Shown here one piece after another: positions 1 to 13,119 of a stretch of DNA of 40,113 nucleotides. The stretch's first letter is position 1; each line of letters opens with the position of its first letter. The translations under genes and the position numbers were made by a program. This DNA comes from Octopus bimaculoides (Eukaryota). The DNA is taken from assembly GCF_001194135.2 (NCBI RefSeq), contig NC_068989.1:67002646-67042758 (forward strand), in the 5' to 3' direction. Under the pieces are notes generated by a model. It did no database searches. It saw only the letters and a list, made by a program, of their open reading frames with translations, and was not told where the DNA came from.

Positions 1-235
1 TACATTGGCGAATCGCGCGTATCAGGAACATATATCGTGTAGAGGGAGATGCTCTCGGATGACAAAAAACTAGTGATCAGATATTTACGTTCCACTCTGC
101 CAGAAGATACTGAGAATGAATAGATACGTCTTTGTTTGGATTCTCACTGTGCTACCGACGCCTCATGAATTATCAGGGTGGGGGGGTAATTTCTCTGCGC
201 AGTTTGCATTAAGTATTAATATTACATTTGCGAGC

Positions 236-690
236 AAGGCGGCGAGCAGACAGAATCGTTAGTACACCGGGCAAAATTACATTACAGAGAAGACAGTGAG
301 CGAGCAAAATCGTTAAAAGCGTCGGAAAAAATGCTTTGTAGTATTTTATCCGACTCTATATTTTGAGTTCAAAACCCACTGAGGTTACCTTTACCCTTCA
401 TTCCTCCGAGGTTCATAAAATAGTACCAGTCAAATACCGGAGTAGATGGTATCAATTACTCACCTCTTCTAAAAGCTACTGGCCTTGTGCCTAAATCGGA
501 ACCTTAAAGAGAAAATTAATTTATTCTTTTTTCCAACTTTTTACCTTTTGAGTTCAAATCCCGCTGAGATCAAATTTGCCTTTCATCTCTCTGGGATCGA
601 TAAAATCCCAGGTACTGGGGTCAGTGGTATTAGTTAATGTTCTCTTAAAGTTTTTGGTCTTGTGCCAAAACCAGTAACCATTATTGAATT
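236..690 (+). mobile_element. Cluster of family-B SINE copies (aaggcggcgagc...gagttcaaat...gtaccagt...ggccttgtgcc)
   Basis: Shared tRNA-like head and core with the copies at 24130, 29503 and 29975. Confidence 0.7.
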
Positions 691-771
691 ACATGTTTTT
701 GAATAACAAGTTTTTGATCTTGAACCTAAATCAGAAACCATTATTGAATTTCATACCCATTAAATATTCAG

Positions 772-943
772 TCTCCAAAGCATCTTTGACAAGGCTAACA
801 ATGCGAGCTACTTAGAATTTTTGACAGGCGTGTACTCAGATACTATCTACAGGCAAAGTGAAATCATCCAAAAGTTTCAGGACATATACAAAGAGATAAT
901 CAATTCTAGCACTGCGGCAAATTCAAGTGGCATAAAAACGACT
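772..943 (+). CDS. Putative internal exon of an unidentified gene (LQSIFDKANNASYLEFLTGVYSDTIYRQSEIIQKFQDIYKEIINSSTAANSSGIKTT)
   Basis: tattcag| acceptor just after an in-frame stop, open frame, ACT|GTAAGC donor. No homology recognised. Confidence 0.3.
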
Positions 944-1106
944 GTAAGCAACGTATTTCAATTCGTATTCAATAGCATCCTGTATTCCATTTATGCTAAC
1001 CTGTTAATATTGCATCACATTTTTCTAACATTATCAATAACACAGTTATAGCACGTTTCTTTTACCAGTTCTAGTTCATAATGGTCTACCTTCATTCTTC
1101 AATTAG

Positions 1107-1157
1107 CGATGGCATAAAGTTGTGACAGAAAACCTTCCATTTATTATACGGCTATAG
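1107..1157 (+). CDS. Putative terminal coding exon (RWHKVVTENLPFIIRL*)
   Basis: Pyrimidine-rich acceptor ccttcattcttcaattag|, phase-compatible with the 943 donor. Speculative. Confidence 0.18.
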   Translation, partial: RWHKVVTENLPFIIRL

Positions 1158-2193
1158 AAAGAGCGCTAGCAAAGTTAAGCAGATGTTGTTGATATCCTCA
1201 TATAGTTAATGTTTTCATGTTTCTTTTCGATACCATGATAGTTTGATTTAGTGCATACCATACGTTTGCCGTTAAAACGTTTATTAAGAAAGGTGAATTT
1301 GAAAGGCTCTCTTCCTTTTTTTCCTGTTCTCTGTATCACCTGAGTTAGTTTTTATTTTCCATTGAAAGTCAGTTGATTACTGGAGAGCTAGATTAACTTC
1401 GCAACAATGAAACTTGGACAAAAGAAGCTATTACGTTTACTATTATAGTCAAATTTTTTAAGATGCTTCGTTTTGTTTTCATTTTACATTTAAGATTAAA
1501 AATAATTCAATGACACGTATTTTATTGTTTTCATTTTAAATATAAGACGGATTTTTCAACATGCTGTAAAACTTGTTTTCATGTGTTTTGATTTTAAAAA
1601 CAAAATAACAAATCTGTATTTCTTTAAAACTGTGAATTCCTTTTGTTTTGGCATTGTGTTCCACGTGTTTTATTTTTAAATGAAAAATAAATATGTAGCA
1701 TCAATTTCAAAATTATCCTAACAAGCTTTTTTGTGTACTCGTTTCCATTAACTTTAGGACTACGTTCCTATGTGTGTTAGTGCAAGCTCCAAAATTAACT
1801 CAGTAGCTGTGTTTATATAAAAGCGTGTGCGTGTGTGTGTATTTGTGCAACGTAATTTACTCTAGATCGATAAATTAACATGGTAACTCATGCCTTTCTC
1901 AATCAAATTAAACTAAACCTCTACAATCTGAAAATAATTAAAATAAACTAATCGAGTATCCTTAACAATTCCAGAATCAAATGTCTAACTTAAGAACCGA
2001 TAAAAAAAAATACTATTAAAATCTACAGATGAATACCACAAATATCAAAATCCAATATTAAAACCCATTAACAACCATATCTATAAATATATGTAGTCAA
2101 ATCAGTAGATAACCATAGAAACATAAATAACTAAGGAATACTTAACAATTTATATACATACATACATACATGCGTACAAACATTCGTGTATAT

Positions 2194-2596
2194 NNNNNNN
2201 NNNNNNNNNNNNNNNNNNNNNNNNNNNNNNNNNNNNNNNNNNNNNNNNNNNNNNNNNNNNNNNNNNNNNNNNNNNNNNNNNNNNNNNNNNNNNNNNNNNN
2301 NNNNNNNNNNNNNNNNNNNNNNNNNNNNNNNNNNNNNNNNNNNNNNNNNNNNNNNNNNNNNNNNNNNNNNNNNNNNNNNNNNNNNNNNNNNNNNNNNNNN
2401 NNNNNNNNNNNNNNNNNNNNNNNNNNNNNNNNNNNNNNNNNNNNNNNNNNNNNNNNNNNNNNNNNNNNNNNNNNNNNNNNNNNNNNNNNNNNNNNNNNNN
2501 NNNNNNNNNNNNNNNNNNNNNNNNNNNNNNNNNNNNNNNNNNNNNNNNNNNNNNNNNNNNNNNNNNNNNNNNNNNNNNNNNNNNNNNNNNNNNNNN
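2194..2596. other. Assembly gap. Other gaps at 5363-5949, 6800-7221, 13152-13631 and 15070-15335
   Basis: Runs of N, most flanked by a microsatellite or repeat copy. Confidence 1.
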
Positions 2597-2924
2597 CAAT
2601 ATATATATATATATATAATTAAAATGAGGGAAAGAGAAATTCAAATCAATTGATATTACGATCATTTCACCCAATGCACGTTTTGTACCACATATATAGT
2701 CATGTAATAAGTACAATATATATAATACCCAATATTACGTTTATTATAGTTGTCTAAAATTACAAGAGTCAGAAAAACGCACTCATACATTGGTTAATAG
2801 AGCGGACATATTATTGATAAAATACAATATTATTTTCTCATAACAGCCACTTAACCAACCGGTTTCATACCAGTTGAGAAAAACTTGGTAATCATTAGAG
2901 AAGGCTGATAGAATTTTATTTATA

Positions 2925-3200
2925 ATAATTGTTTCAGATTTTTGGCACAAGGCCAGCAATTCTAGAGAGAATGAGATTAGTCGATTACGTCCATCTCAGT
3001 ACTCAGCTGGTACTTATTTTATCGACCTAAAAAGGATGAAAGATAAAGTCGTCTTCGGTGGAATATGAACTCTGAATGGAATGAGTTGGAAGAAATGCCG
3101 CTTAGCATTTTGCCAGTTGCGCTCCCGATTGAACCAGCTCACCGTCTTAACAGTAACACTAGTCCTTTCTATTATAGACACAAGGCCTGACATTTTGGGG
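2925..3200 (-). mobile_element. Family-B SINE pieces
   Basis: Reverse complement of the same core (ggtacttattttatcgacc...aaggatgaaag). Confidence 0.7.
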
Positions 3201-3792
3201 GAAAAGGAGACTTTGTGGACACCCTGTATATATATATGTTTATACATGTACGTATGTATGTATGTATGCATGTATATTTGAATGTATGTATGTATGTACA
3301 CATGTGTGTGTATGTGCATGTGTGTGTATACGATTTATTTTTAGAAACTTCGTGAGACAGGAAATAAAATAAAATAAACTAGATAAAACTATAAATAATT
3401 GTGTTAAATTTTGTCACGGGGCCAGCACTTTTTGACGGAAAGAAATTAATCGATTACATCAACACCAGTATTTGGGTGGTACTTAACTACTCCGAAAGGA
3501 TGGAAAGCAATATCGATCTTTGTGTAATTTGAACACGCAACATAAAGACGGACAAAATTCCATTAAGCGTTTTGCAGATAAAATATAAATAAATATTGGG
3601 TTTTAACAAAATCCTTGGATAGAAAAGGAAGTCGAAAACTACTGATGGGATTTGAACCTGCATCTTCTATGAAGAGGAGAGATGTACTATCTTCTACATC
3701 CACCGTTAAAACGATCTGTTTCCAATCTCAGTTTCTAATATATAAATAAATCATATATAACTGAGCCATTGATGCATTTTCACATAAGCACA

Positions 3793-4075
3793 GTCGTGGC
3801 TGATTAGTTAAGAAATATGCTTTTTAAACATACTCCAAACCATGTGGTTTTGAGTTCAGTCCTACTGCGTGTCACCTTGGGCAAGTGTTTACTATTATAT
3901 TTCCGGACCGACCAAGCCATTGTGAGTGGATTTCGTAGACGGAAACAGAAAGTAGCCGTCATGTGTGTACGTATATCTTTTGTTTCAGTCATTAGGCTGC
4001 GGCCATGCTGGGGCACCGCCTTGAAGAATTTTTGGTCGAATGAATCGACCCCAGGATTTATTTTCTTATAAGCCT
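3793..4075 (+). mobile_element. tRNA-derived SINE with a CORE-like segment, family C
   Basis: B-box gagttcagtcc followed by gtcaccttgggcaagtgt, which resembles the CORE-SINE gtgaccttgggcaagt motif. Confidence 0.65.
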
Positions 4076-4719
4076 GGTACTTATTTTATCGGCCTTGTGC
4101 CTATAGTAGAAAGAATTACTTATGGATTTATCAAGGAGGTGAGCTGTGAAAATTGTTAGCACGCCGGACAAATGCTCAGCAGCATTTCATCCGTCTTCAC
4201 GTTCTGAGTTCAAATTCCGCTGAGGCCAATTTTTGCCTTTCATTTTTTTTCGGGGTCGAGGAACTTAATTTACTGCGCAACTTGCCTACAGTGTAAAGAA
4301 TATTACATTGGTGAAACCGGAACGGGACTGCATGACAGAGTTCGTGTACATGAACAACAAATTAATGACCCCTCTGTCAGAAACACTACTTGCAGTGAAC
4401 ACTTCACGTCATGTGGAAAGGGAAAATTCACACTCTTCCTCTTCTTTAAGTTATGGTTAGACAATGAACATTCAACGAACTTCCTTCATTAGAAAGTATA
4501 AACCACTACTAAACACAAAAAAAAGTTATATTCCAACTCCTAATAACTGGAATCTCTTACGGTTTTTTTTTCTTTAAGGATGCACATATCCAAATAGAAG
4601 TGGATGACACCCAGACTTTCAATCATTCGATCGTTGAAGAGAAGAACAACCCCCGGAGGTACACTAACATTTCACTAATCCCCTCCACCCTAATGTGCAT
4701 GTAAACTTAAATACTTGAG

Positions 4720-5101
4720 TAGTGTAGATGCGTATACATATGTGTGTAGGTATGCATGTGTATGTTCGTATATATTAATATGCAGGTGTGAATGTGTGAA
4801 TGTATGTACAAATATATGAGTTTATATGAACTAGAAAATATGTGTGTGTAAGTGTGTAGATATATATAAATATATATATCTATGTATGTATGTATGTTTG
4901 TGTATATATGGGTATATGTGTGTATACATGCGTGTATATATGTATGTGTATATGTAAATGTGTGTATGTATATGTATGCATATGTGTGTATGTATGTATG
5001 CATGTATGTATATGTGCGTGTGTGTATATATATATATGCATGTGTATGTATGTATGTATGTATGTATGTATATATATGTGTGTATGTGTGTATATATATG
5101 A

Positions 5102-5140
<39 letters not shown>
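4720..5140. repeat. Compound microsatellite (TG/TA/TATG)
   Basis: Directly visible. Similar tracts at 3225-3325, 23470-23700 and 35805-35858. Confidence 0.95.
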
Positions 5141-5141
<1 letters not shown>

Positions 5142-5289
5142 TCTTTTTGTTTTTTATTTATATGTAGGGAAGAAAATATGTGAGCTAGCATGATCACTCC
5201 CCCCACCTCCCCTCCCAAGCTAAGATATAAATATTAAGAAAATACATTTCTATCAACAAGCATTCCAAGTCTAACTTTATGTTTTTGTC

Positions 5290-5305
5290 CTTTCTCTCTC
5301 TCTCT

Positions 5306-5362
<57 letters not shown>
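5290..5362. repeat. (CT)n microsatellite abutting a gap
   Basis: Directly visible. Confidence 0.95.
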
Positions 5363-5949
5363 NNNNNNNNNNNNNNNNNNNNNNNNNNNNNNNNNNNNNN
5401 NNNNNNNNNNNNNNNNNNNNNNNNNNNNNNNNNNNNNNNNNNNNNNNNNNNNNNNNNNNNNNNNNNNNNNNNNNNNNNNNNNNNNNNNNNNNNNNNNNNN
5501 NNNNNNNNNNNNNNNNNNNNNNNNNNNNNNNNNNNNNNNNNNNNNNNNNNNNNNNNNNNNNNNNNNNNNNNNNNNNNNNNNNNNNNNNNNNNNNNNNNNN
5601 NNNNNNNNNNNNNNNNNNNNNNNNNNNNNNNNNNNNNNNNNNNNNNNNNNNNNNNNNNNNNNNNNNNNNNNNNNNNNNNNNNNNNNNNNNNNNNNNNNNN
5701 NNNNNNNNNNNNNNNNNNNNNNNNNNNNNNNNNNNNNNNNNNNNNNNNNNNNNNNNNNNNNNNNNNNNNNNNNNNNNNNNNNNNNNNNNNNNNNNNNNNN
5801 NNNNNNNNNNNNNNNNNNNNNNNNNNNNNNNNNNNNNNNNNNNNNNNNNNNNNNNNNNNNNNNNNNNNNNNNNNNNNNNNNNNNNNNNNNNNNNNNNNNN
5901 NNNNNNNNNNNNNNNNNNNNNNNNNNNNNNNNNNNNNNNNNNNNNNNNN

Positions 5950-6194
5950 GGATGGGAGGGCAGCAACTAACGGGGATAGGATATGGTCGAGGTATTTTGA
6001 AATGAGTTCGGTGGGGCAATTGCAAGCAGAGACAATGGGGCGGCCAGGGTTGTTAGGTTTGTGGATCTTGGGAAGGAAGTAGATGGAGGAGGTGCGAGGT
6101 GTGCGGACGATGAGGTTGGTGGCGGTAGCGGGGAGAGCAGAGGAGGAGATGAGGTCATGGATTGTGGAGGACACAAGCCGTTGGTAGGAGGGAT
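5950..6194 (-). mobile_element. Penelope-like retroelement reverse transcriptase fragment, running into an assembly gap
   Basis: Stop-free translation ...PRTSSIYFLPKIHKPNNPGRPIVSACNCPTELISKYLDHILSPLVAALPS. The LPKIHK / RPIVS pattern is typical of Penelope-type RT. Confidence 0.85.
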
Positions 6195-7364
6195 ATATAT
6201 ATATATATATATGGAGTGTTAGGAATCTGTATCTAAAAATGATATATCATGAAAACTGAAAGTTGTCTCATATAAGTAACTGTTTCTTCCGACGCTAACC
6301 GTCACACAGAGATTATTTTAGTTACCATCTAACAGAATTAGAATCCAAACATCTTCCAAAGAGAGAAAAGATTTCCGGAAAATATCATTCTTGTGGGGTT
6401 TTCTGTCATTTCAGAGAAATATATAGCCATCGGTCATTTCAACAATGGTTCCAACACATCCTGTTTATTTGATTTTAGTCGCCACTCGTTCATAAATGCC
6501 AATGTTATCATCTTAAGTATTCAGATACTTTGAAGGATGCTTTGTAAATTAGGGCAATCAGATTCTGTGGCTTCCATGTTTTGAGATATCCGGAAAAAAA
6601 GTTTCATAGATGATTGACAAGTGAAAGATCTCAGTCCATTTTGTGTCATAATTTGTTGTTCTTTATTTGGCTTTATCGTTCGAAGGATCGAGAAGGCACC
6701 GTTTTTGTTTGTTTTTTTTCTGGCTGTTCTTAACAGTTTGTTTTAATCAAGTCTTGTCCTACATACGATATTCTTGTAAAATTGGGTTCACCAGCTTTTN
6801 NNNNNNNNNNNNNNNNNNNNNNNNNNNNNNNNNNNNNNNNNNNNNNNNNNNNNNNNNNNNNNNNNNNNNNNNNNNNNNNNNNNNNNNNNNNNNNNNNNNN
6901 NNNNNNNNNNNNNNNNNNNNNNNNNNNNNNNNNNNNNNNNNNNNNNNNNNNNNNNNNNNNNNNNNNNNNNNNNNNNNNNNNNNNNNNNNNNNNNNNNNNN
7001 NNNNNNNNNNNNNNNNNNNNNNNNNNNNNNNNNNNNNNNNNNNNNNNNNNNNNNNNNNNNNNNNNNNNNNNNNNNNNNNNNNNNNNNNNNNNNNNNNNNN
7101 NNNNNNNNNNNNNNNNNNNNNNNNNNNNNNNNNNNNNNNNNNNNNNNNNNNNNNNNNNNNNNNNNNNNNNNNNNNNNNNNNNNNNNNNNNNNNNNNNNNN
7201 NNNNNNNNNNNNNNNNNNNNNTGTAAGCGGGTGAGTATTTCATAGACACGTTTACCCTGAATGCAATTCTCAAGCCTGTAATTCAAAGTCCGGTTTTGTT
7301 ACACAGTGACAAGTCTGGACCTTTGAATTACAGGTAAAATCCAGAGCGAACGAGAGGGTGGGGA

Positions 7365-7515
7365 ATAGTCGGACTGAGGGCTGGACTGGTACTTTATTTC
7401 GTTGATCCCCGAAAGGAGGAAAAGCAAAGTTGAAATCTGCAGGATTTGAACTCAGAGCACAAAGAACCAAAAAAAGCATTCTACCTGGTCTAACAACTCT
7501 GCCAATTGATCGCAT
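7365..7515 (-). mobile_element. Family-B SINE
   Basis: Reverse-complement core match. Confidence 0.65.
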
Positions 7516-8682
7516 TTGTGGTCAGCTTATATATATCTTGACCAACGGGCATCTAATGACTTTACCAATTTTTTTTAATAATGAATTTCTCTAGTAAAAT
7601 AGAAAAAAATAAGATCAACTTAACAAATAAATAAAAGAAAATGGGTTCATGTTCACTCTTACCAACATTTTTCATTAATAACAAATATCGTAGAGGCTTC
7701 AGTTGAGTTTTGATCCATCTCACTCAGACTCCCCAATTTAGGACTACAGCCTAACTATATTGTATAAAAGGTAAGATCAGTTACGAGAAATTAACTGTGT
7801 CATCATAAAAGGCATTATGTCGTCATAAAGGGCTTAAAACGCATAACGCCAACATGAACGTGGCTTGACTAATCAAATAGGCCGGTGTGAAATCAGTTAA
7901 GCAGTAGACTTAAAGTAAATTTTGAGAATTTTTCCGCCAAATAATTCTGCCCAATATTCTAGAAGCTTGACTAAATTTTATAAAAAGCTAGTATGTTGAA
8001 CTCCCGAACAGAACAACCTCAAGAGCTACACAGAAATCTGTCGGTCAGTTTTATGACAAGGTATTCTCATTTTTGCTAAGTTTTCTGTCTACAATAACCA
8101 CGAAGGTTTCTCATATAACTAAAATATTTTATGTAATAAAGATTTTTAACTGTCACATTCATTATCTTGTGTATACTCTATACAGTTTTATTCAAACGAT
8201 TGCTGTATTTATGCAAATGTAAATGTGCCGAGTAATAAAAGAAATATGGAAACTTGTATAAATATTAATTTGGTCATTTTCACCTTCACCTACAACCAAC
8301 ATAATATTGTGTAGTACTAACAACGATTTAATGATTAAGCCCACTAAAATATGAACAAATCAGCGAGCTTCTCTATGTCATGAGATGGAAACCCTTCAAC
8401 CGTGAGTGACATTTCGTCTGCATTCAAAATTTGAAAGTGGTCAATGACAATATCTCTACAATTCCATATGCAAAAATAATCGTTGTTTAATCTTTAAGAC
8501 CAAAATATTGACTTCATACTATGGATTTGTAAAAAAAATAATGATATTTATAATATCAATAATGATAATTATAGCTATCTATGTACCATATTTAATGTAT
8601 ATATACCATTGAAAGACATAATGTTATGCCTTATTCCTGAGAGAAAATCATTTGTCTAAGAAAAAATTTCTTCATAGACATC

Positions 8683-8890
8683 ATCATCATTTCCCATTAT
8701 CTCCGCTTGCAGCAGAATGCGCACTAATATGAGATATTCTATCTTTGGCAAGAGCATTCAGGGAAACCATCTCAAGACCTGTCCATACTGTGATGTCATC
8801 TGTCCATCTCTTAGGTTGTCGACCTCTGTTTTCCTTTCCATTAATCATGCCTTCCAAACTGATCTTGGGTTTGACAATAAACTGCATCCG
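8683..8890 (-). mobile_element. RTE-clade LINE 3' end fragment
   Basis: LEGMINGKENRGRQPKRWTDDI..WTGL resembles the RTE ORF C-terminus and ends in a (GAT)n tail. Confidence 0.7.
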
Positions 8891-9268
8891 CTGGTGAGGC
8901 TCCAATTTGAGAGTTCTGGGGTTGTGGGGAGCGTGGAGTCATCTCTTAATTACCATTACTCCCAGGTCCATTCAGATTCGGAACGGTAGTACCTATCAGC
9001 GTCCCACTAATGGGTTAAATAGACCTTTTTGTAAGGATAGATTGAGCTCCTTAGCTGCTTTGAAAGCAATCAATCTAAGAGAAGAATAACTCAAAAATTA
9101 ATACCCTCTTCCAACATGCTGTAAGCCAGTACAGAAGAGTATGAGTGGTGAAACTAACATGAGATACAGTTCTATATTTAAGAGATGAAGAATTTTGCAC
9201 ATTATTTACATTATTTACATTTGACAGATATTTGTCCTCATCTGAGAGAAAATCTCTTCAAAGAGATA

Positions 9269-10572
9269 CGAAAGTCGGCTGAAAAGTCCATAGGCTAACC
9301 AAGATACTCTCATAGAATGTGACCAAATGAGGTTTATTTTTCAACATAATCCCCCTTGGGTCCACACACTTCTTTCATCAGTATTGCAATGCTTGGATCC
9401 TATTGGTGAAGAATATTTCATCCTGTTGCTCAAAAAAAATCATTAACAGCAGATATGACGTCATCAACACTGCGACACTAATTCCTAGCTAAGCGTTTTA
9501 TCATGTTTGGGAACAGGTGATAGTCAGATGAGGCCAAATCAGGAGAATAAGGACGGCGATCAACTAGTTCAAAGCTACAGCCACACACAGCAGCCATTGA
9601 AACCAAGATCTTGTGTGCTGGAGCATTGTCCTGATGAAACAAGGCCCATTTCGAAAGTTTTCTGGGGCGTTTTGTCTTGATATCCTTTCGTAACTACCTC
9701 AGCAGGTTGGCACAGCACTTTCCATTGATGGTGTGACCCTTTTAAATGTAGTCAATAAGCACAATATGTCTTTTGTATCCCAAAAAATTGAGACCATTAC
9801 CTTCACTGCAGATGAAACAACCTTGGCCTTCTTTGGAATAGGTGAGAAAAGGAGGAATGTTTCCACTGCATGGATTGTCTCTTTGTCTCTGGCACAAAGT
9901 GATGAATCCATCACCTATCTAGACTTACGAAACGTTCAAGGAAACCAGCTGCATCTGCTTCAAACAATGTCAGATTTTCCTGCGATATGATCAGCCTGGT
10001 GTGCTTTTCATCAGGTGTCAGAAGACGTGGCACCCATCGTGGAGAAACCTTCGTCATGCTAAGTTCATTGTGCAGAATATTCTCTACTCTCTTATGGGCT
10101 ATGCTAATAGCATCGGCTGTTTGATTTATTGTCAATCACCTGTCATCCATCAGTATGTGATGAACACGATCAATGTTTTTCTTCGGTTGTGGAAGTTGTG
10201 GGACGTCCAAACCTAGGGTCATTTTTACAACTCTCCCTTCTCCTCCTAAATTCAGCTGCCCACTTTTGCACTGTTGATGAAGCTGAAATGTTACCCCCTA
10301 ATGCAGCAGCATTGTCAGAATCAATGTCGTTGGGGACAAAACCATTTTTCTAAAGGTACTTGATGACAGCGCGATGCCAAATTTTGTGCCATTTTCAAGA
10401 GAAGTCGCTACTTGTTACTTTTCAGGTCTTCTTTGAACAGCTAGATGTCAGTTTATTTGGAAAGAAGCAATGCAGTTATTAATAGGAAAAGTTGGAATTA
10501 ATACAGGCAAGATTTCACAGCTCTAGCATCTCTTCTTCATAGTCAACCTATGAATTTTTCAACCCACCCTCG
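9269..10572 (-). mobile_element. Full-length (1304 bp) inactive mariner transposon, DD34D
   Basis: TA on both sides (9267-68, 10573-74) and about 32-bp imperfect TIRs (23/32 match). Motifs WVPRLL, FHQDNAPAH and YSPDLASSD with exactly 34 residues between the last two catalytic Asp. Multiple stops and frameshifts. Confidence 0.93.
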
Positions 10573-10682
10573 TATGTTAAAAGCGCAATATATATCGGAG
10601 CCAGGTGAATATCGTCGCAGCAGTAACTCACGAGAACGTCAGATATGTTTCGATCTTCTCACAACACCATGTCTTTCAATGA

Positions 10683-10723
<41 letters not shown>

Positions 10724-13119
10724 TATGGATACACAGATGACTATTTCGACTTAATGATGTTTTAGTTATGTACACCGAGTTTACAAATTCATTATTTTGC
10801 CCGGCACAAATGCGCCTCCCCTACATATTCTTATGCTCCCTTGGTGCTAAAATGGTATCCGATTTCTGCTTTATGTGAACATTCGAACAGCTAGAAATAG
10901 CAGCCAAATATCTTCCTTGAATTACACGTGACTATCTTTGAAATGAAGGAATATACTGGATAATGTAAAACTAAATATGAAATACCTGAAAGGATATTAT
11001 GGTCATAGATATAACACCTTTGAGCATAGATCTGCTCAGGTAGGTTTCGCTTGAGACTAAACAGCTATTTAGATACCACAAATATTTTCGATAGAAAAAT
11101 ATAATATTGAATATTTGATAACATCACAAAATAAACAGATATTAAAACTGTTAGGCTTAACCCAGATAATCTTATTAAGAGACGTACATCCACAACCTCT
11201 GCTAATCCTCCAACTTCTTTTTTTTTTCTTTTGACTATTTAGGCATAGCTAATGCAGAAGCTAAAATTTCCCATATTTTAAATGAATATCATTCAACGGC
11301 ATTTTATCCCTGACAACCATAAACATGAAAATGTCAGAAATTCACTAACACAAATTAGTTTGCTATAAGAAAGTCAAATATTTAGGATAAAGTAACTTTC
11401 CTTAGAAAAAATATTTATTTTTAAAATTGTGCTTAATAATTTGTTCGCCTTCCGTTTTCCAAGATGACCAAGACTCCATCACTTTGATACCAGCAGCACT
11501 TACAGGGTATAAGTGACGAAGGACACAGTCGTAAGGGTGACCTGCAAATCAAGACCTCTCCCACCTTTCGTAACCCTCACGAACATAGAAACTACAGAAG
11601 AGGTAATATTTCATTATCGCAGATGCGCGTGGTTCTCCGGCCTCGGCAACAAAAGATGTACCGTCTATTTGTGCTTTTAAGAAGTTCGAGTCTTGACTTG
11701 TGCTAGAGTTGGATTATAAAGATGTAGAGTGCATTGGACGACTAGCCTCACTCTAGTTCATCCTCTTAGGGCAGTAATAAAACAGGTAAAAAAGAATTAG
11801 AGATTAACCAGAGATGCAGTGGGATGACCAGGGAAATCTACATGTTTCACCGTGCTCTGAGAAACATGCAGCGAATTGTTGGATCTCGTCTTTCTACCCT
11901 TTGAAAATATACCAGTGATGGTTGAGATTCCTGTGCCTAGTTCCTTCGGCAATCCAGTTTTCATATGCATGCATAGAGTGACTCGTCCAGCCAATACCTG
12001 CCAATACCGTTGCTTAAGAGGTTATGCACTGCTGTAAACAGACAGTTCTTGGACTCACGGGTGAGAGCTGGATGCTAATTGAGAGCCAATGATAGATTAG
12101 CTGTCTTAAACAAGAATTGGCAGAAAATCTACGGAAGGTACAACACTGCGTATCTTCTGTTAAATTTATAGATTGCTTCAACAAGAGTTGGTAAGAAACT
12201 CAACAAAATGTATGACACTCTTTACACTGTTAAATATGTAGAAAAGAATTGGTAAGGACCTCTACAAAAATTTATAGACTGGAAGTGATTTTCCGACCTA
12301 TTTTGTTCCATCGCTTTCAGAAAACATTTCACCTTTCTCCAACGTAGTTGCCTGCCGGAAAAATTTTACTTTCGTTTTGTTTGTTTTTGTTTGGGGATTT
12401 TAGGTGGGGGTGGGGTGCTTGTTTTTTTACGGTAAAAGGATTTATTTCCTATTTGTAAACTTTTTGTATTTACTGCTTTCCAAAATAGACACCACATCGC
12501 TAGTTTTCTTCAATTCTACTATTTTACTCTGATATATGGAAGCACGCTTAGCCGAGTCAATAAGATATAGGTCCACGGACTAAATCAGTCAGTTGACATG
12601 ATGTGTTTTGTCAACTGTGACGAAGTATGCTTGTAGTAATGACATTTAGTTTCCCGTAATACGTGTTTTTACTGTAAATAATACAAATAATTAATGGAGT
12701 GAAATATATTTTATATTATGAAGAAGAGAATTCAAGCATCTTGGCAAAACCTTTTGTGAGAAACAAAAAAGATGTCATATGATGTTGAATGATAGGCAGA
12801 CATAATTCACCGCTGTAAACAGCAGCCGCACTAACATAACTGACATGTGATCTGTTAGTGTGGAATGCTGAGTTCAAATCTAACCTCAAGAAAATTTGGA
12901 TCTAGTTCAAAATGGGGGCACCAGTTTTCATTTATGTTTTATGTAGTGTTTTTGGTACCGAAAGACTTTCAAACTTCGTATACTTATCTATTTTGTGTTA
13001 TAGAACAGACAAAAAAATTTTGTATTTCATGTAAAAAAAATTGTCTTATTTCGATAATTTCAACCAATCACTGACAAGTATTCAGCTGTTTACAGTTACT
13101 CCTAAGCGGTGTAAAGCGT

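Noticed and set aside
3200-3230. Tc1/mariner TIR-like end (tacagggtgtccacaaagt on the minus strand)
   Set aside because: A single end with no partner or internal sequence, too little to call an element.
4707-5218. His/Thr/Tyr- or Val/Cys/Tyr-rich ORFs (also 3014-3319 and 23471-23804)
   Set aside because: Translations of (TA/TG) microsatellite.
12590-12617. 9-bp hairpin CAGTTGACA/TGTCAACTG
   Set aside because: Short and isolated, and expected by chance in 40 kb.
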